A stretch of 64,000 nt of DNA from Lama glama (lineage: Eukaryota), in contig CM052818.1 in assembly GCA_028534125.1 (NCBI GenBank), positions 43,836,001 to 43,900,000 on the forward strand. Direction: 5' to 3'. Made by a program: the position numbers and the translations under genes. The notes under the pieces are model-generated. The model did not search any database. It was not told the DNA's origin and saw only the letters and a list, made by a program, of their open reading frames with translations. Positions 40,101-51,880 of the stretch are shown here, piece after piece (the first letter of the stretch is position 1; each line of letters starts with the position of its first letter).

Positions 40101-40624
40101 GCCCTGTTGTCATGCTGTTGCACTGTTTACTGTGAGTTCAACACACTTATCCGTGGATTCCTTGGTTCTCCTGGACTCTTTCTCTGTTTGGCTCCATTGG
40201 TGATGCCAACTGCTGAGTGTGGCCAGGACAAAAGATGAACAGCCCGAATGAACACAGTAGCCGTGTTATATATTTGTCATTTCTTATGAAGTTCACCTAT
40301 AAACTGTTTTATGTGAGTTGTTTTCCAAAGCATTCATTTATTTATTCCTTAGTTTTTAAATCTGAGCTTTTCCAATTTGGGTGGAAATATTTCTGAAGTG
40401 ATGGATACACTACTGTTCCTTCTTGAGAAAAATGACTGAGTACAAGTTTAAATTTTCTTGACGATGAGATGTCATTATTATAACGATCAGACAATTATGA
40501 CTATTAATTAGAAAGCTCTATAATAAAATGGTTCTGACTGCCCGCTCTCTCCCCATTCACCCAACAGGCTCTCAGCTCTTGTCAGTGTTTATCTCTTGCA
40601 ACTTTTCCCTGATTCTATCTGCTG

Positions 40625-40805
40625 TAACTGATTCTCAACATCAGTATGACTATAATTATCTGGGAAGTTTGCTAGCAATGCAGATATCAGGACCCCACCT
40701 GAGAGATGCTGTAGGTCCAGGGTGAGGCTCAGAACCTCCTAGTTTTAACAGGCTCCCCCAGGATATGCTGATGCAGGTTGTCTGATAATCACACTGAGAA
40801 AACAT
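40625..40805. mobile_element. MER5-type hAT-Charlie MITE
   Basis: 'ttctcaac...gtaggtccagggtgaggctcagaa...ttttaacaggctccccca...tgatgcagg...cacactgagaaaa'. Confidence 0.75.
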
Positions 40806-41059
40806 TAGGCTATGGGCTGAAAACCAAGTTCTTCAATTATGTATCTATTTAAGACTTTTTTTTTCAGACTCAGTATGAGGTTCAAGACAGGCAGATGTGA
40901 AACACGCTGACCTCTCTATCCTGGGATGTTCACAGTCTAATGAACTAACAACCTGAAAACAGTCGTTAAGGTTGGACCAGAGGAAATAAGAAGTTTGCAC
41001 TTGGAAGGGCTGTGCATCCATCAAGGCTCAGCGGCACAAACCACACAGCTTTGAAAAGG

Positions 41060-41330
41060 TGAATTCCTGTTCCCGGAGCAGGAAGGTTATTCTAGGCAGA
41101 GGGAACAGAATGTACACAGCCAGGGGGGCAAAGGGAACCTGGAGACTGGAAGGAAATGCAAGCGGCAGGATGTGGAGGGCCTGGGAAGTGAGACGAGGCG
41201 AGAACTAGTCCTACCACCGTGGACTCGGAGAGGAAGGCGGGGTTTTATCCTGAAGGTGATCAGGAGCAAGCGAAAGGTTTTCTTCAAGATGATGACATGA
41301 TTAAAGCTCAGTTTTAGGAAAATGAAGTGC
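41060..41330 (-). mobile_element. L2 LINE fragment
   Basis: 'ttctaggcagagggaacag...ggttttatcctgaagg...tgacatgatt...gttttaggaa'. Confidence 0.6.
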
Positions 41331-42048
41331 CCCGGGGTCCCCTTGCTCCTTCCCCCAACTCTGTGTCCCTGAACTCGAGCCCCTCACCAGGATAGAACCA
41401 CTTGAAAGGGCTCTTCATCCGTCAAGGTGTGCACACACACACACACACATATACTAGGAGTGGCTCTGAGTGGCTCTTGCACTCTTATTTTCTCCAGGAA
41501 ATAGAGACACGGCCCCACGTTACTCCTTGAAACGTCTTCCCAGACTCCAACTCCCATTGTCACATGGAGTCAAGGTTACCATGACCCCCACTTCCATTGG
41601 GGTAGAATTACCCACACAGCCCTTTTGAGGAGGGAGTCTGGCACCAGATGCCAACAAGCAGCAGACAGAGTCACACGATCAGCACCTGCCCAGCCACCTG
41701 ACTGACGTTTCTCAGCCCTGGGCTCTTGTCATCCCGTAGCCTTTCAACAGGCTTGCTTCCAGACAGGGGCTCTCCAAAGCCCAGGTGCCCCTGGGGTCCT
41801 CACTGCCGGTTGCTCCTTCCACGCCATCCCCTGAGCCTGAGCTGTCAGACCCTAAGGCCGATGCCTCCTGGAAAACTTGGAGGATGCTTAATTGCCTGGA
41901 CACTAACCACCTGTGTGCCTCAGCGTCTGTCACTCATCGGCCCTTCTCCCCTCCAGCTACTTGCTCCTCCTCTTCCTCTTCCTCTTCCTGGCGCCATGAA
42001 TTCTAGCATCCAGTCACTAACGGGCACCATTATTTATTGGGCAATGTC

Positions 42049-43018
42049 TGTGATGCAAGAGAGAAAAGCTGTCCATGTGTTTCTCTTTTACTCGCACACA
42101 CAAAACCAGACACCAGATGTGCAGGTTGTTTCCCCACACCGAGCAACTCTCTGAGAGGGTTTCCTGCAATTCAGTTCAAATCTGACTCTCACAGGAGTCA
42201 GTGGAGACCCCGAGGTCAAGGGTTCAGTCCCGCGAGACTGCCTCCCACTTCAGGCATCAACCTCAAACAGGAGGTCCTCAGGTCCACCATTTCCATCTGA
42301 CTTGGCTACGACCTGGAGGTTCTTACACCCCCCCCCCTTGGATTTGATCATTTGTTAGAAGAGCTCACAGAACTCAGGGAAAAACTGACTTACTTTTACT
42401 GGTTTGTTACATAATAAAGGATATGATGAAGGATACAAATGAGCAGCTGGAGAAAGAGGTACTGAAGGCAAAGCCTGGAAGGATTCCGAGCACAGGGGCG
42501 TCTGTTCTGGCAGGGCTGGGGTGCACCACCCTCCCAGCTTGTGGGGCTGGTCACCAACCTGCAAACTTTGCAAGCTCTCCAAGCTCTGCACTGGTGGATT
42601 TTGCTAGAGGCTTCATCACAGAGGCATGCTCAGGTCTTAACTCCATTTCAAACCCCTCTCCCCTCTCCAGAAAATGTGGGGTGAGGCTGGAAGTTCCAAG
42701 TCTCTAACCATGGCTTGGTCTTTCTGGTGACTACTCCATCCCCCAGACAGGAGCTCACCAAGAGTCACCTTTTTAGGACAAAGACATTCCTATTTCCCCA
42801 GGAAAGTCCAAAACATGTAGGAGCTCTGGGTCAGACTCTCCTATCACTCAGGAAATGACAAAGGTCTTGGGAGCTCTGTTTCAGGAACTGGGGTCAAAGA
42901 TTACATGTTAGAACAAAAGATTCTCCTAATACCCTTATTTACAAGGGTTTTAGATGCTCTGTGTCAGGAATCAGGGCAGAGACCAACATACACATTTCTT
43001 ATTATTTCACTATGTGCA
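42049..43018 (-). mobile_element. MER21-family ERVL solo LTR inserted into a MIR
   Basis: 'gagctcacagaactcagggaaa', 'ggctggaagttccaagtctctaaccatggcttggtctttctggtgac' and 'catttcttattatttcac' are MER21 hallmarks; MIR sequence flanks both sides. Confidence 0.85.
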
Positions 43019-43019
43019 A

Positions 43020-43190
43020 GTCATCTAAACATATCATTTCATTTAAATCTCAAGGCATCCTGGAAGAAAGCATTATTGTCCCATTTTACAGAAGTGAAAA
43101 CTGAGGCAGAATGATTTAAATTATTTGCTCAAAATGACTCAGGTAGCCTGGAGCATGTCTGGGATTCTAAGGACAGGTTGTAAGTCAGCA
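43020..43190 (-). mobile_element. MIR SINE (continuation after the LTR)
   Basis: 'cccattttacagaagtgaaaactgaggcaga'. Confidence 0.8.
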
Positions 43191-43633
43191 CCTGTGGTAC
43201 TGCTGTCCCGTGTCATTCAGCCCTTTTGCCAAAAGAATATTTGCGCTTTTACTTTCTGCACCCCATGTACTATTACTCTTGGAGTTTCCAATCTTGGGAC
43301 TAATACCGACTAGATATAATTCTATCCCTAGAGTAAAAATTACTACACCAATACTTCTCAGGTACCTGTAGACACTTCAACAAATATACACATTTCTGAA
43401 CCCAGGGACACATGAACCCACTTTAGTCCCGTGCATACCACAGAAATCATTTGTGTGATGACAAAGACAAAAACATAGGAGGATGTAGACATGTCAGTTA
43501 GGTTTTTGAAGTTTAAATGTTTATGAATACCATTTTGGAACTGGCTGTTAAATATGACCATGAAGGAAGGGAAAATTCCCTCTCGTCTTTCCGCCCTTCA
43601 AAGTCCCTCTGTGTCCCAGCTGTGAAATTTCAA

Positions 43634-43735
43634 GGGAGGGGGCGGGGGCGGGGGCGGGAGCTCCGCACAGAAGACATCCCAGAGATGGGCTCCGGCGCAG
43701 GAACGAGGCAGCGCAGTCCCAGCGGGGGATGCTGA
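43634..43735. promoter_or_regulatory. Triple GC-box (Sp/KLF) cluster with G-quadruplex potential
   Basis: gggagggggcgggggcgggggcggg contains three GGGCGG boxes, followed by a short CpG-containing stretch. Confidence 0.4.
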
Positions 43736-44559
43736 GGCTTTCTTCCTAATTGAATCCTCCTGTTCATCATGTTCAGCCTCTCAGCATTGCTTTCGGACCC
43801 TCCACCAACCCCTCAAGAATGAAAAAAAAAAAATCTAGAGCTCTTGATAAAATACATATTGAGTGGGATTCTTCCAGTGTTAAAGACATTCACATTTTAT
43901 AATTAAGGACTCTCCAGAAGCAGCTTTTAAATAAACAGACTCCGGCTTAGACATGGCGGGGCAGAGGGCATGCGTTGAAGCTAGGCGTCTACCCGGTCAC
44001 TGCAGCAGTCACTCAGCATCTCTCCGCCACTCCTGGGTTGTTCATAGCGCCGTCCACATCATCTGAAGACCCGTAACATATTAGAACATCCATTGGGGTT
44101 ACTTCTGCCCCTTTTAAAATACGAACTGGGAAAGTCTGGAGGCTTTTATTCACTGACCCTTGAGCACAAATGTATTTAATCTTATACCTGGCTCTGAGCA
44201 ATCAGCTCAAACAACAGTTTAATGAAGAAGGGGCAGTGGGGACAGAGGGGCGAGGGCAAGGAGCTAAGTGCTCAGAAAGAGAACAAACATTTCCCAAGAG
44301 CCTGGGAGGGTAAGTGTTTCTCAGGGTGTCCGAAGGTAACCCCCCCAGTGTAGGCAAGGTGAGATGAGGGCCCCCCCAGGAGCGAAGTCCCTGAACAGAA
44401 TCGATAAGCCAGACTTTTCTATTCCGGTGGCTACGTTCCTACCCAGAGGAGCTGGCAGTATGGCCTAGACATGGAGTTAAAGACACAGAGACGTGAACAA
44501 TCCTCTTTTTGAATCCATACTTGGAGCTCTTGGTTTGGGGATCAAGAAGGCTGAATGTG

Positions 44560-44690
44560 AATACTGGCTGGGTTTTATAAGAGAAATGCGATCCTGAGCA
44601 AAACATCACGACGCTGTGCCTCAGCGTTCTCATCTGTGAAATCGGAATAATAGGATCTGCATTGTAGGGTTAGGGGATGGTTCTAAGGCC
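44560..44690 (+). mobile_element. MIR SINE fragment
   Basis: 'ctgtgcctcagcgttctcatctgtgaaatcggaataata'. Confidence 0.75.
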
Positions 44691-44746
44691 ATGTGGCAAG
44701 ATGGTGGCCGAGTGTGAGCCCCTCCCTCCTGGTCTGTTGTCTATTC

Positions 44747-44769
44747 TGTGTGTGTGTGTGTGTGTGTGT
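44747..44769. repeat. (TG)n microsatellite
   Basis: About 11 perfect units. Confidence 0.9.
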
Positions 44770-45429
44770 CCACATCCGTGTGTGCAGTTGTGTGAAACCC
44801 CCTTCAGACAACTCTCCCATATGAAACAGCAGCTTCACACCCCGGGATGATGGGGGAGAGTTTTGTTCTCCAGATCTCCATCCCTGCCTGCGTACCTGAG
44901 CACATAAAACATGAAATTTCTTATCACAAAGCACTCTCTCTACTTCTTAAGACTAGGGCCAGATGGTAGGAACAGCTGAATCTCCCCAGAGAAATGGTTA
45001 AGAAAAGGCAGGAAATAGACGAATACAAAAATACATTTCTAACTTTCAAGAGAGGAAACAAAAATTGGGCAGAAGAGAGTGAAAACGCGGCATTCGGGAG
45101 ACAAATGATTGGAGTTCAGCTTGATGGGGACGTGGCTGAGAAGCTGTCAGGGATACTGCCTGGGGTACCAGGGCGAGTGACAAAGCTGGCACCAGAGCTG
45201 GTACACGGTACTGAGATCCCGTCAGCCTCTTTGTGGGTGAGGGAACATGATGGCGACACCTTGGTTCCTGAGTATCACTGTTTCCTTCTGAATATATTTG
45301 CCGTATAGAATCTCCTTCCACTATTTAAATAAATGACCGTTTTTCTAGCAATTCCTATGTTTGGGTGCCCATAATGGGATGGAAATATGAAGAAGGAAGT
45401 GCAGTCAGTTGCTTGAAGGGCTTGGGAGC

Positions 45430-45600
45430 CAGCATTTGCCAAACACCTGCTGAATGCCAGGCCACATGCCAGGAAGCAACCAGAACTCCTCTCATCCTCT
45501 CATTCTCACAAATTCAACAGGTACCACCTCCATTGTACAGGTAGGAAGACTGAGCCTCTGAAAGGTAAATGACGGGCTCAAGATACAAAGATGAAGTAGA
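45430..45600 (-). mobile_element. MIR SINE fragment
   Basis: 'ccattgtacaggtaggaagactgagcctctgaaaggtaaatgac'. Confidence 0.65.
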
Positions 45601-46164
45601 ACTTGTCTCTGGGGTCATATGATGCCACAGCTCAGGATTCATTTATTTCCAAAGAGGTTGATTTCATCATTTTTAACACAGTTGATAAAGATGATTCCGA
45701 GGGAACGATGCCCAGGGCTCTGCTTTCTTCCTTCTCAAAACTGTCTCCACCTCACCATTCCACTGCTTTGCTTAGTCTCTTCAGGCTCCTCACAGCCGTG
45801 GGAAGTCTGCCTGGAGGGCCCACTTCCAGCATCGTCCTCCCATGTCACTTCCACCTTTGCTGAGAAGTTCAAATGCACAGACAAGCCCTCAGGCGGTACA
45901 CCAGGTCAGCAATCCATCAGCCAAACTGTGTATTCCAGCAGCCTGTTTCCCTGGTACAGCACTGGCACGGGAACAAGTGCTAATTATTCCACTTCCAGCA
46001 TCCTTCAGAAACAGTGACGGTGCTGAAAACCAGCCAGGGCAGCCTGATCAGCCCCACGGCTACAGCAGCGCCTTCTCAGAGGAAGTCACGGCGGGCGGAT
46101 GCCTGTGCGTGGGGGGCGGCAGGACTGCCGCCCGGAAACGCGTCCTCTAGGGGCACGTCCGGCC

Positions 46165-46390
46165 CTCTGATTTCCTTTCTTCTCTCTCTGCTCTTGTCCC
46201 TTTTTTTCCTCTTTGTTTTCTCTTTTCTCTTCCCTCTTTCTCCTCTTTGTATCTTTCATTCACAGCTTCCTTATATTCCTCTCCACAAGCTTCTCTTTCT
46301 CCCTACTTCCCTCCTTCCCCATCCCCACTTCCTGCCTTCCTTCCTTCCTTCTTTCCTCCTTTTCTACCTTTATGCTTGCTTTCTTGCCTT
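46165..46390. repeat. Polypyrimidine low-complexity tract
   Basis: About 220 bp strongly C/T-biased. Confidence 0.85.
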
Positions 46391-47019
46391 TGAGTCCCCA
46401 CAACTAGAGTGTTCTGCACAACACATCATATGGTTTTACAAAAAAACAAACAAACAAAAACAGAAGACTCAACCGTGTATGTATTTTTTAATATCCTGAA
46501 GGTCTTGGTTTCTTAGATACCATGTCCTGCTCTCTCTCCTGATTCTGGAAAACATTTAGATCTCTCTACCTCAGAATTAGGGGGGTCTCCAAGAACATCT
46601 GGTTCAATTCCCAGTGGATGCAGGAGGAGTCACATTGGCAACACACTCAACAGACATTCTCCCAGTAGTGGTCAGGACCTCCCATCTGGTAGAAAAGAAT
46701 GGAGAGGTGAGGGGCCAGGCAGCTCAGCACAGCACCCAGGCCATCCTGGAAGAGTGGAGACTCTCTGGAAAGCAGCCAGCTCCAAGATGGGCACCCTTGG
46801 TCGACAGCTACTCGGGGAGCGGGGGGGGGGGGGTTCGTGGGGCAAGCTGGGGTCTGGAAGTCAGCATGCAGAGTGAGCTGTGCACGTTGAGTGGTCCGGG
46901 GCTTCTTCAGGACGCCGTGGGGGTTGGACAAGACTCCAGCCGCCCTCGTGTGAAGTGGTGAGACATTTGATAACTCACAGTTATTGCAGGAGGAGGCAAC
47001 TGCGTCTCAAGATGTCTAG

Positions 47020-47345
47020 GCCTGGATGGATGCTTAGAGATCATCTACCCCAGTACACGCTTCAGTGGAGAACCAAAGCCCAGAGCGGGAAGTGACCTGC
47101 CCAACGCCACACATCATTTAATGGTGAATCTGAACTAAACACGAAGCCTGTCTCTCATGCTGGGCTCAGAGCACCGACCACTGGGTGAGGCACGTACATC
47201 TCAGACGTCATGGTGCTTAGGAATTGCCCAGGGATCTTATTAAAATATAGATTCGACTTGGGTAGGTGTGGGTGGGACCTGAAATTCTGCCACTTTAGCC
47301 AGCTCCTCAGAGCTCCCAGGTCCACGGACTGAACTTCAAGCAGCG
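47020..47345. mobile_element. MIR3 fragment followed by a MER5-type MITE
   Basis: 'cttagagatcatcta...aagtgacctgcccaacgccacaca', then 'gggatcttattaaaatatagattc...gtaggtgtgggtgggacctgaaattctgc'. Confidence 0.65.
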
Positions 47346-49208
47346 AGGCCCGAGACCATGACCTCCCTCCGTGTTTAGTAAATGCTGGTTTCCTGTAGTC
47401 ATTTCCCTCCTCCCCGCCTTGCTCCCCCTCCTTTTCTTCCTTCTCATCAGATTTAAATAATTTGTAAGCAGTTAATGCTCATTTTCCTGGGATTTTTTCC
47501 AAATTTGGCTAGATTTATAGATCTATAATTTTCTCTTTCCATTCATGTCTATAAATGCACTTGAAGGGGTTCCGAGATCCTTTCTCTGGCTCTCTTTCCT
47601 GCCCGCCCCAGACGGGGTGGGGGAGAAGCTAAACAAATGACTTCTGAGGTCTTCTTCAAACCCTGACGGGCTCCCCAGGGCTCCCCGCAGGCTGCAAGGA
47701 GCTCAGAGGAGCCAGACGCCCCTGCAACTGCTGCAGCCCCCCGCGCCGCTGGCATGGTGTGGATGTGCTTCTGGGGAGGAATAGGGCAGGCAGAGAGGGG
47801 CCAGGGAGGCTGGAGGAGCCAGGAAGAGAAGTTCCCCATCCTCAGTGTCTCCATCGCGCTGTGTGACTAGGAAATGTGCATTGCATCTGTCAAGGACAAA
47901 GCAGTAATGTCTACCTACAAATTCCAGAGGATTGAAGCCGTGAAAACCTCAGTGCGGGACCGAGGAGAGCAACCATCTTCTTGCCTCCCTCTGGAGATGA
48001 CATCTGGGGGCTCTTTTCCTCTGGGGACTTGGGGAGGGGAGCGGGAAGGAAATGGCAAGCAGGGGGGTCCAGGGAGTGAAACACAGGGCCTTGAGGTCAG
48101 GAGGACCCGATCCCCACCCAACTCTGTCACCCACCAGCCGAGTGACTCTAGCATCGGCAGTCAACTGGCTTTAGTGCCCCAGGTCCTCTGCTCACACCTA
48201 GGTGGCCCTGGGTAAGCTGCTTAACCGTGGCGACCCTCCGTTTCTTCACAGATGTCATAAGCAGCGTTGTGATGGATATTCGAAACGACTGACACAGAGA
48301 ACAGAATCAGTGCTGCTGTCCCGGCTCTGACTGTGCTCACCGGAGAAGAGAAAGGCAGGGCGATTTCAAACAGTCCTCCGCTTCAGTGGGATTCCTCTGG
48401 GCAGGATGCTCTTGCAGGCCAGTCAGCAATGGCAGAGTGAGATCTTAGCTGCAGCCTCAGAGCTCGCTGTGTTTGAGTTGTGTGTCTGGAGCGAAGCACG
48501 CAGAATGCTCACCAGATGGGCGCTGTATAAATAGCACCTTTACCGAGCTGTTGTTACCGCCCAGATTCTCTTACCAAGGACGAGATTGTGTCTGCACATC
48601 GTGGTGCCCCTGTCTCTCCCCCTGGCTGGCGTCATCCCTGCTCATCCTTGGACATGTCCCTGCCTGGGGGTCTGGGGACCCCATGAGCAGTGGCAGCTCC
48701 TGGCAGCTGCCTCCTCAGCCATCGATTCAATCAAAAGAGAGCAGCACCCAGGGTCCGGCAGCAACCAGAGCGCCGTCCAGGCTCACAGGCACGTCTCCAT
48801 CTGGTCGAGTGTCTTCTGTCTGGGACGCGACCACCCACGCCATCTCTTTGCATCTAACAGACGGGCTCGCAGTGATTCAGCTCCTGTGTCTGCTCTGCAG
48901 GGTCCACGCTGCTCTGAGGGCTGGACGGCCTGTGCAATGAGTGAGCAGGAAGTGGGGGCAAGCCAGCACGCCCACCTGAGGCTCCGGGAGCGCCTACTCA
49001 CATCCGGGATGCTGGGGGAGCTTCTCTCCTGTCATTATTTTTAGCCTTATTAGCTTTGCATTATCTTTGGGAGACGAAGTGCAGGGAGGCACAGAAAGAG
49101 GGAGTCAGACAGCTTGGCTTCTGGTTCTGATTTTGTCCCTAGGAACTGTGTGAACTTGGTTCATTTTTCCCTCTCAGGATTCAGTTTCCTCATAGGCACA
49201 AAGAAATA

Positions 49209-49824
49209 TAGATCTTCCTCAGCTTCTGATGGGGTCACACCCTGACAAGCTACCATAAGTTGAAAATATCCTAAGTCAAAAATGCATTAAGGGGGGTTGA
49301 GTCTAGCTCAGTGGTAGAGCATGTGCCTAGCATGCACAAGGTCCTGGGTTCAATCCCCAGTACCGCCATTAAACAAACAAACCTAATTACACCCCAAGAA
49401 AATAAGAAAAAAATGCATTTAATACACCTGACCTAGGAAACATCACAGCATCGCCTAGCCTACCTTACTTGTGCTCAGACATTTACCTTCACCAACAATT
49501 GGGTAAAATCGTCTAGCACAAAGCCTATTTTATACTAAAGTGCTGAGCACCTCACATAATTTATTGACCACTGTACTGAAAGTGAGAAACACGATGGTCG
49601 TCTGGATACAGAATGGTTGGGAGGGTACCGGTCGCTGACCTCCGTGATGGCGTGGTGCCCGGGAACCGGGGCTCACTGCCACTGCCCAGCATTGTGAGAG
49701 CGACACAGCACGGATTACCAGCCTAGGAAAGATCAAAATTCAAAATTCGATGTTCTCTTTCTACTGAAGGTGTATCAATTTTGCACCAGGTAAGGGTGAA
49801 AACCACTGTCAGTCAGGGACTCTG
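49209..49824. mobile_element. MER6A-like TcMar-Tigger element, interrupted by a Vic-1 SINE and inserted in a MIR
   Basis: TA flanks at 49207-49208 and 49825-49826; 'aagttgaaaatatcctaagtcaaaaatgcatt' and 'cacaaagcctattttatactaaagtg' match MER6. Confidence 0.85.
49291..49408 (+). mobile_element. Vic-1-type camelid tRNA-Ala-derived SINE
   Basis: A box tagctcagtgg, B box ggttcaatccc, tail 'aaacctaattac'; TSD aaaaatgcatt(t)aa at 49278-49290 and 49409-49422. Confidence 0.93.
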
Positions 49825-50939
49825 TAACACCGTCCGCCCATCCTCCGTAGAGGGCTGTTACCAGCCTCAGAAGAGGTGATAGTGGAAGTTAAAGAGCACT
49901 GTCAACTGTAAACCAATGTCTAATTATTATAAACTGACTAACCTCCCACCCCCTGCCTTTTTTTATCCGCAGACTTTTCCTTTTAGACTTCACCTGCCCA
50001 TGAGATGGGGGCAGGACTGGGACAAGGGCTCAGGAGAAGAGAGAAGGCCGAAGGTCTCAGAGTAAATGGGGGACATATTCTAAATTTGGGCAGTTTGCTA
50101 AACTAAACCCCTTCTCTCCCATCCTTCTTGCTTCCTACTCACCCAGCATTCTTCTTCGAGGAGACACCGTGAGTGCGTCCTCTGCCAGATACGGATGCTG
50201 GAGACAATGATGTGGAATCACCAAGGAGCCGAGAGAGCGAAAGGGGAAACAGAGGCAAAAAAGGAACGGAGAATATGGTGTGTGGAGCTGTAACAGACAT
50301 GGGCCAGATGCAGGGGGCCCACGGAGGGAGTGCACTCAGCAGCTCTAAGTGAACGATCTCCAGGCAGCCTGCTGAGAGAGATAATGCCCCCTTTATTCTA
50401 CAGATGTGGAAACTGGTCCGCAGGAAGGGCTGGATGCCTTGCCTCAGGTCAAAGATCATTAAGTGGCGTAGACTGGATTCAACGCAACTGCATGTGTTTC
50501 CAAAGAGCATTCTGTTTTCTTTACTCCATTTTGAGCAACTTTGTCTGCACTGGAGGAAGTGTGATGCTATTAAAATATAAACTTTTTCTTGCATCAAGAT
50601 TCTTGGAGTAAGGAGGTAATGCTCCTCATAACCCTCTGACTCACCATCAAAGGCCTTTTATTCCAAGACCTCCTCCCTGGTCTAAGCCTCTCTCTTCTTA
50701 CATTAAGACTCCGCTACTGAGATGGCCTTCCTGATTCACCTCTTCTCTTTCCTGTCCAGATAGTCTAACGCCTCCATCAGGTCGGTATCTCCAGGACACA
50801 AGGCAAGTTTTTAAGCCCCTTTCAGACTCGATCGCCCTCATTCCCATCTGCCTAACCCAGCCCACCCCCCGCAACTTTTTCCCAAGTTCATCCAAGCAAA
50901 CTTCATCTGTGCTCTTATTCACGGAGTAGCTACTGGTGC

Positions 50940-51130
50940 GGGGAGGAAAAAGAACACCACCTTTGGGATCACAAGATCTGGGCTCAGCTCCCAACTCTGC
51001 CAGGAACAGTCTGCGAACTTTAGCAGGGTTTGAGCCTCTGTTCCTTTGTCTCTAAAATGAGAACATTAACACTGACCCCAAAAGCTTGATGGAGGCTTAG
51101 ATGATGTGATTTAGCACTGAGAGCCCAGGG
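50940..51130 (+). mobile_element. MIR SINE
   Basis: 'gatctgggctcagctcccaactctgcca...gagcctctgttcctttgtctctaaaatgag'. Confidence 0.7.
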
Positions 51131-51187
51131 AAGCGTGCTGCCTTTGACTGTTATCAACACAGAGGGCAATCTGCAGATAGGCGTCTG

Positions 51188-51687
51188 NNNNNNNNNNNNN
51201 NNNNNNNNNNNNNNNNNNNNNNNNNNNNNNNNNNNNNNNNNNNNNNNNNNNNNNNNNNNNNNNNNNNNNNNNNNNNNNNNNNNNNNNNNNNNNNNNNNNN
51301 NNNNNNNNNNNNNNNNNNNNNNNNNNNNNNNNNNNNNNNNNNNNNNNNNNNNNNNNNNNNNNNNNNNNNNNNNNNNNNNNNNNNNNNNNNNNNNNNNNNN
51401 NNNNNNNNNNNNNNNNNNNNNNNNNNNNNNNNNNNNNNNNNNNNNNNNNNNNNNNNNNNNNNNNNNNNNNNNNNNNNNNNNNNNNNNNNNNNNNNNNNNN
51501 NNNNNNNNNNNNNNNNNNNNNNNNNNNNNNNNNNNNNNNNNNNNNNNNNNNNNNNNNNNNNNNNNNNNNNNNNNNNNNNNNNNNNNNNNNNNNNNNNNNN
51601 NNNNNNNNNNNNNNNNNNNNNNNNNNNNNNNNNNNNNNNNNNNNNNNNNNNNNNNNNNNNNNNNNNNNNNNNNNNNNNNNNNNNNNN
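51188..51687. other. Assembly gap (500 N)
   Basis: Run of exactly 500 N. Confidence 0.99.
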
Positions 51688-51880
51688 CTGAACCCAAGCC
51701 CTGTTCCCCTTCCTGCCCGCTAGCTGTCTGGTCACTTCAGTTAAACCATATGGCCCTCCGTCACCTCATCTAGGAAACACGGTGAATGTTGCTCATCTGC
51801 AGGATCATTTGTGAAGCTCTTACGAAATAACATGCATGAAAGGGTACTGTAAGTGGCAAAACGATGTATCGGTGTTAGCA
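51688..51880 (+). mobile_element. MIR SINE fragment
   Basis: 'tagctgtctggtcac...cctcatctaggaaa...gaaataacatgcatgaaagggtactgtaa'. Confidence 0.5.

Noticed and set aside
44994..45308. 104-aa ATG-initiated ORF with globular-looking composition
   Set aside because: No family I recognise, no poly-A/TSD of a retrocopy, and length within chance expectation. BLASTp or PhyloCSF would settle it.
46014..46499. 161-aa ORF with a hydrophobic, membrane-like stretch
   Set aside because: The L/F/S/P bias comes from a polypyrimidine low-complexity tract.
49291..49368. Apparent tRNA-Ala(AGC) gene (also 31565-31640 on the minus strand)
   Set aside because: Followed by a SINE-specific tail and flanked by TSDs, with an imperfect acceptor stem. 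These are SINE heads, not tRNA genes.
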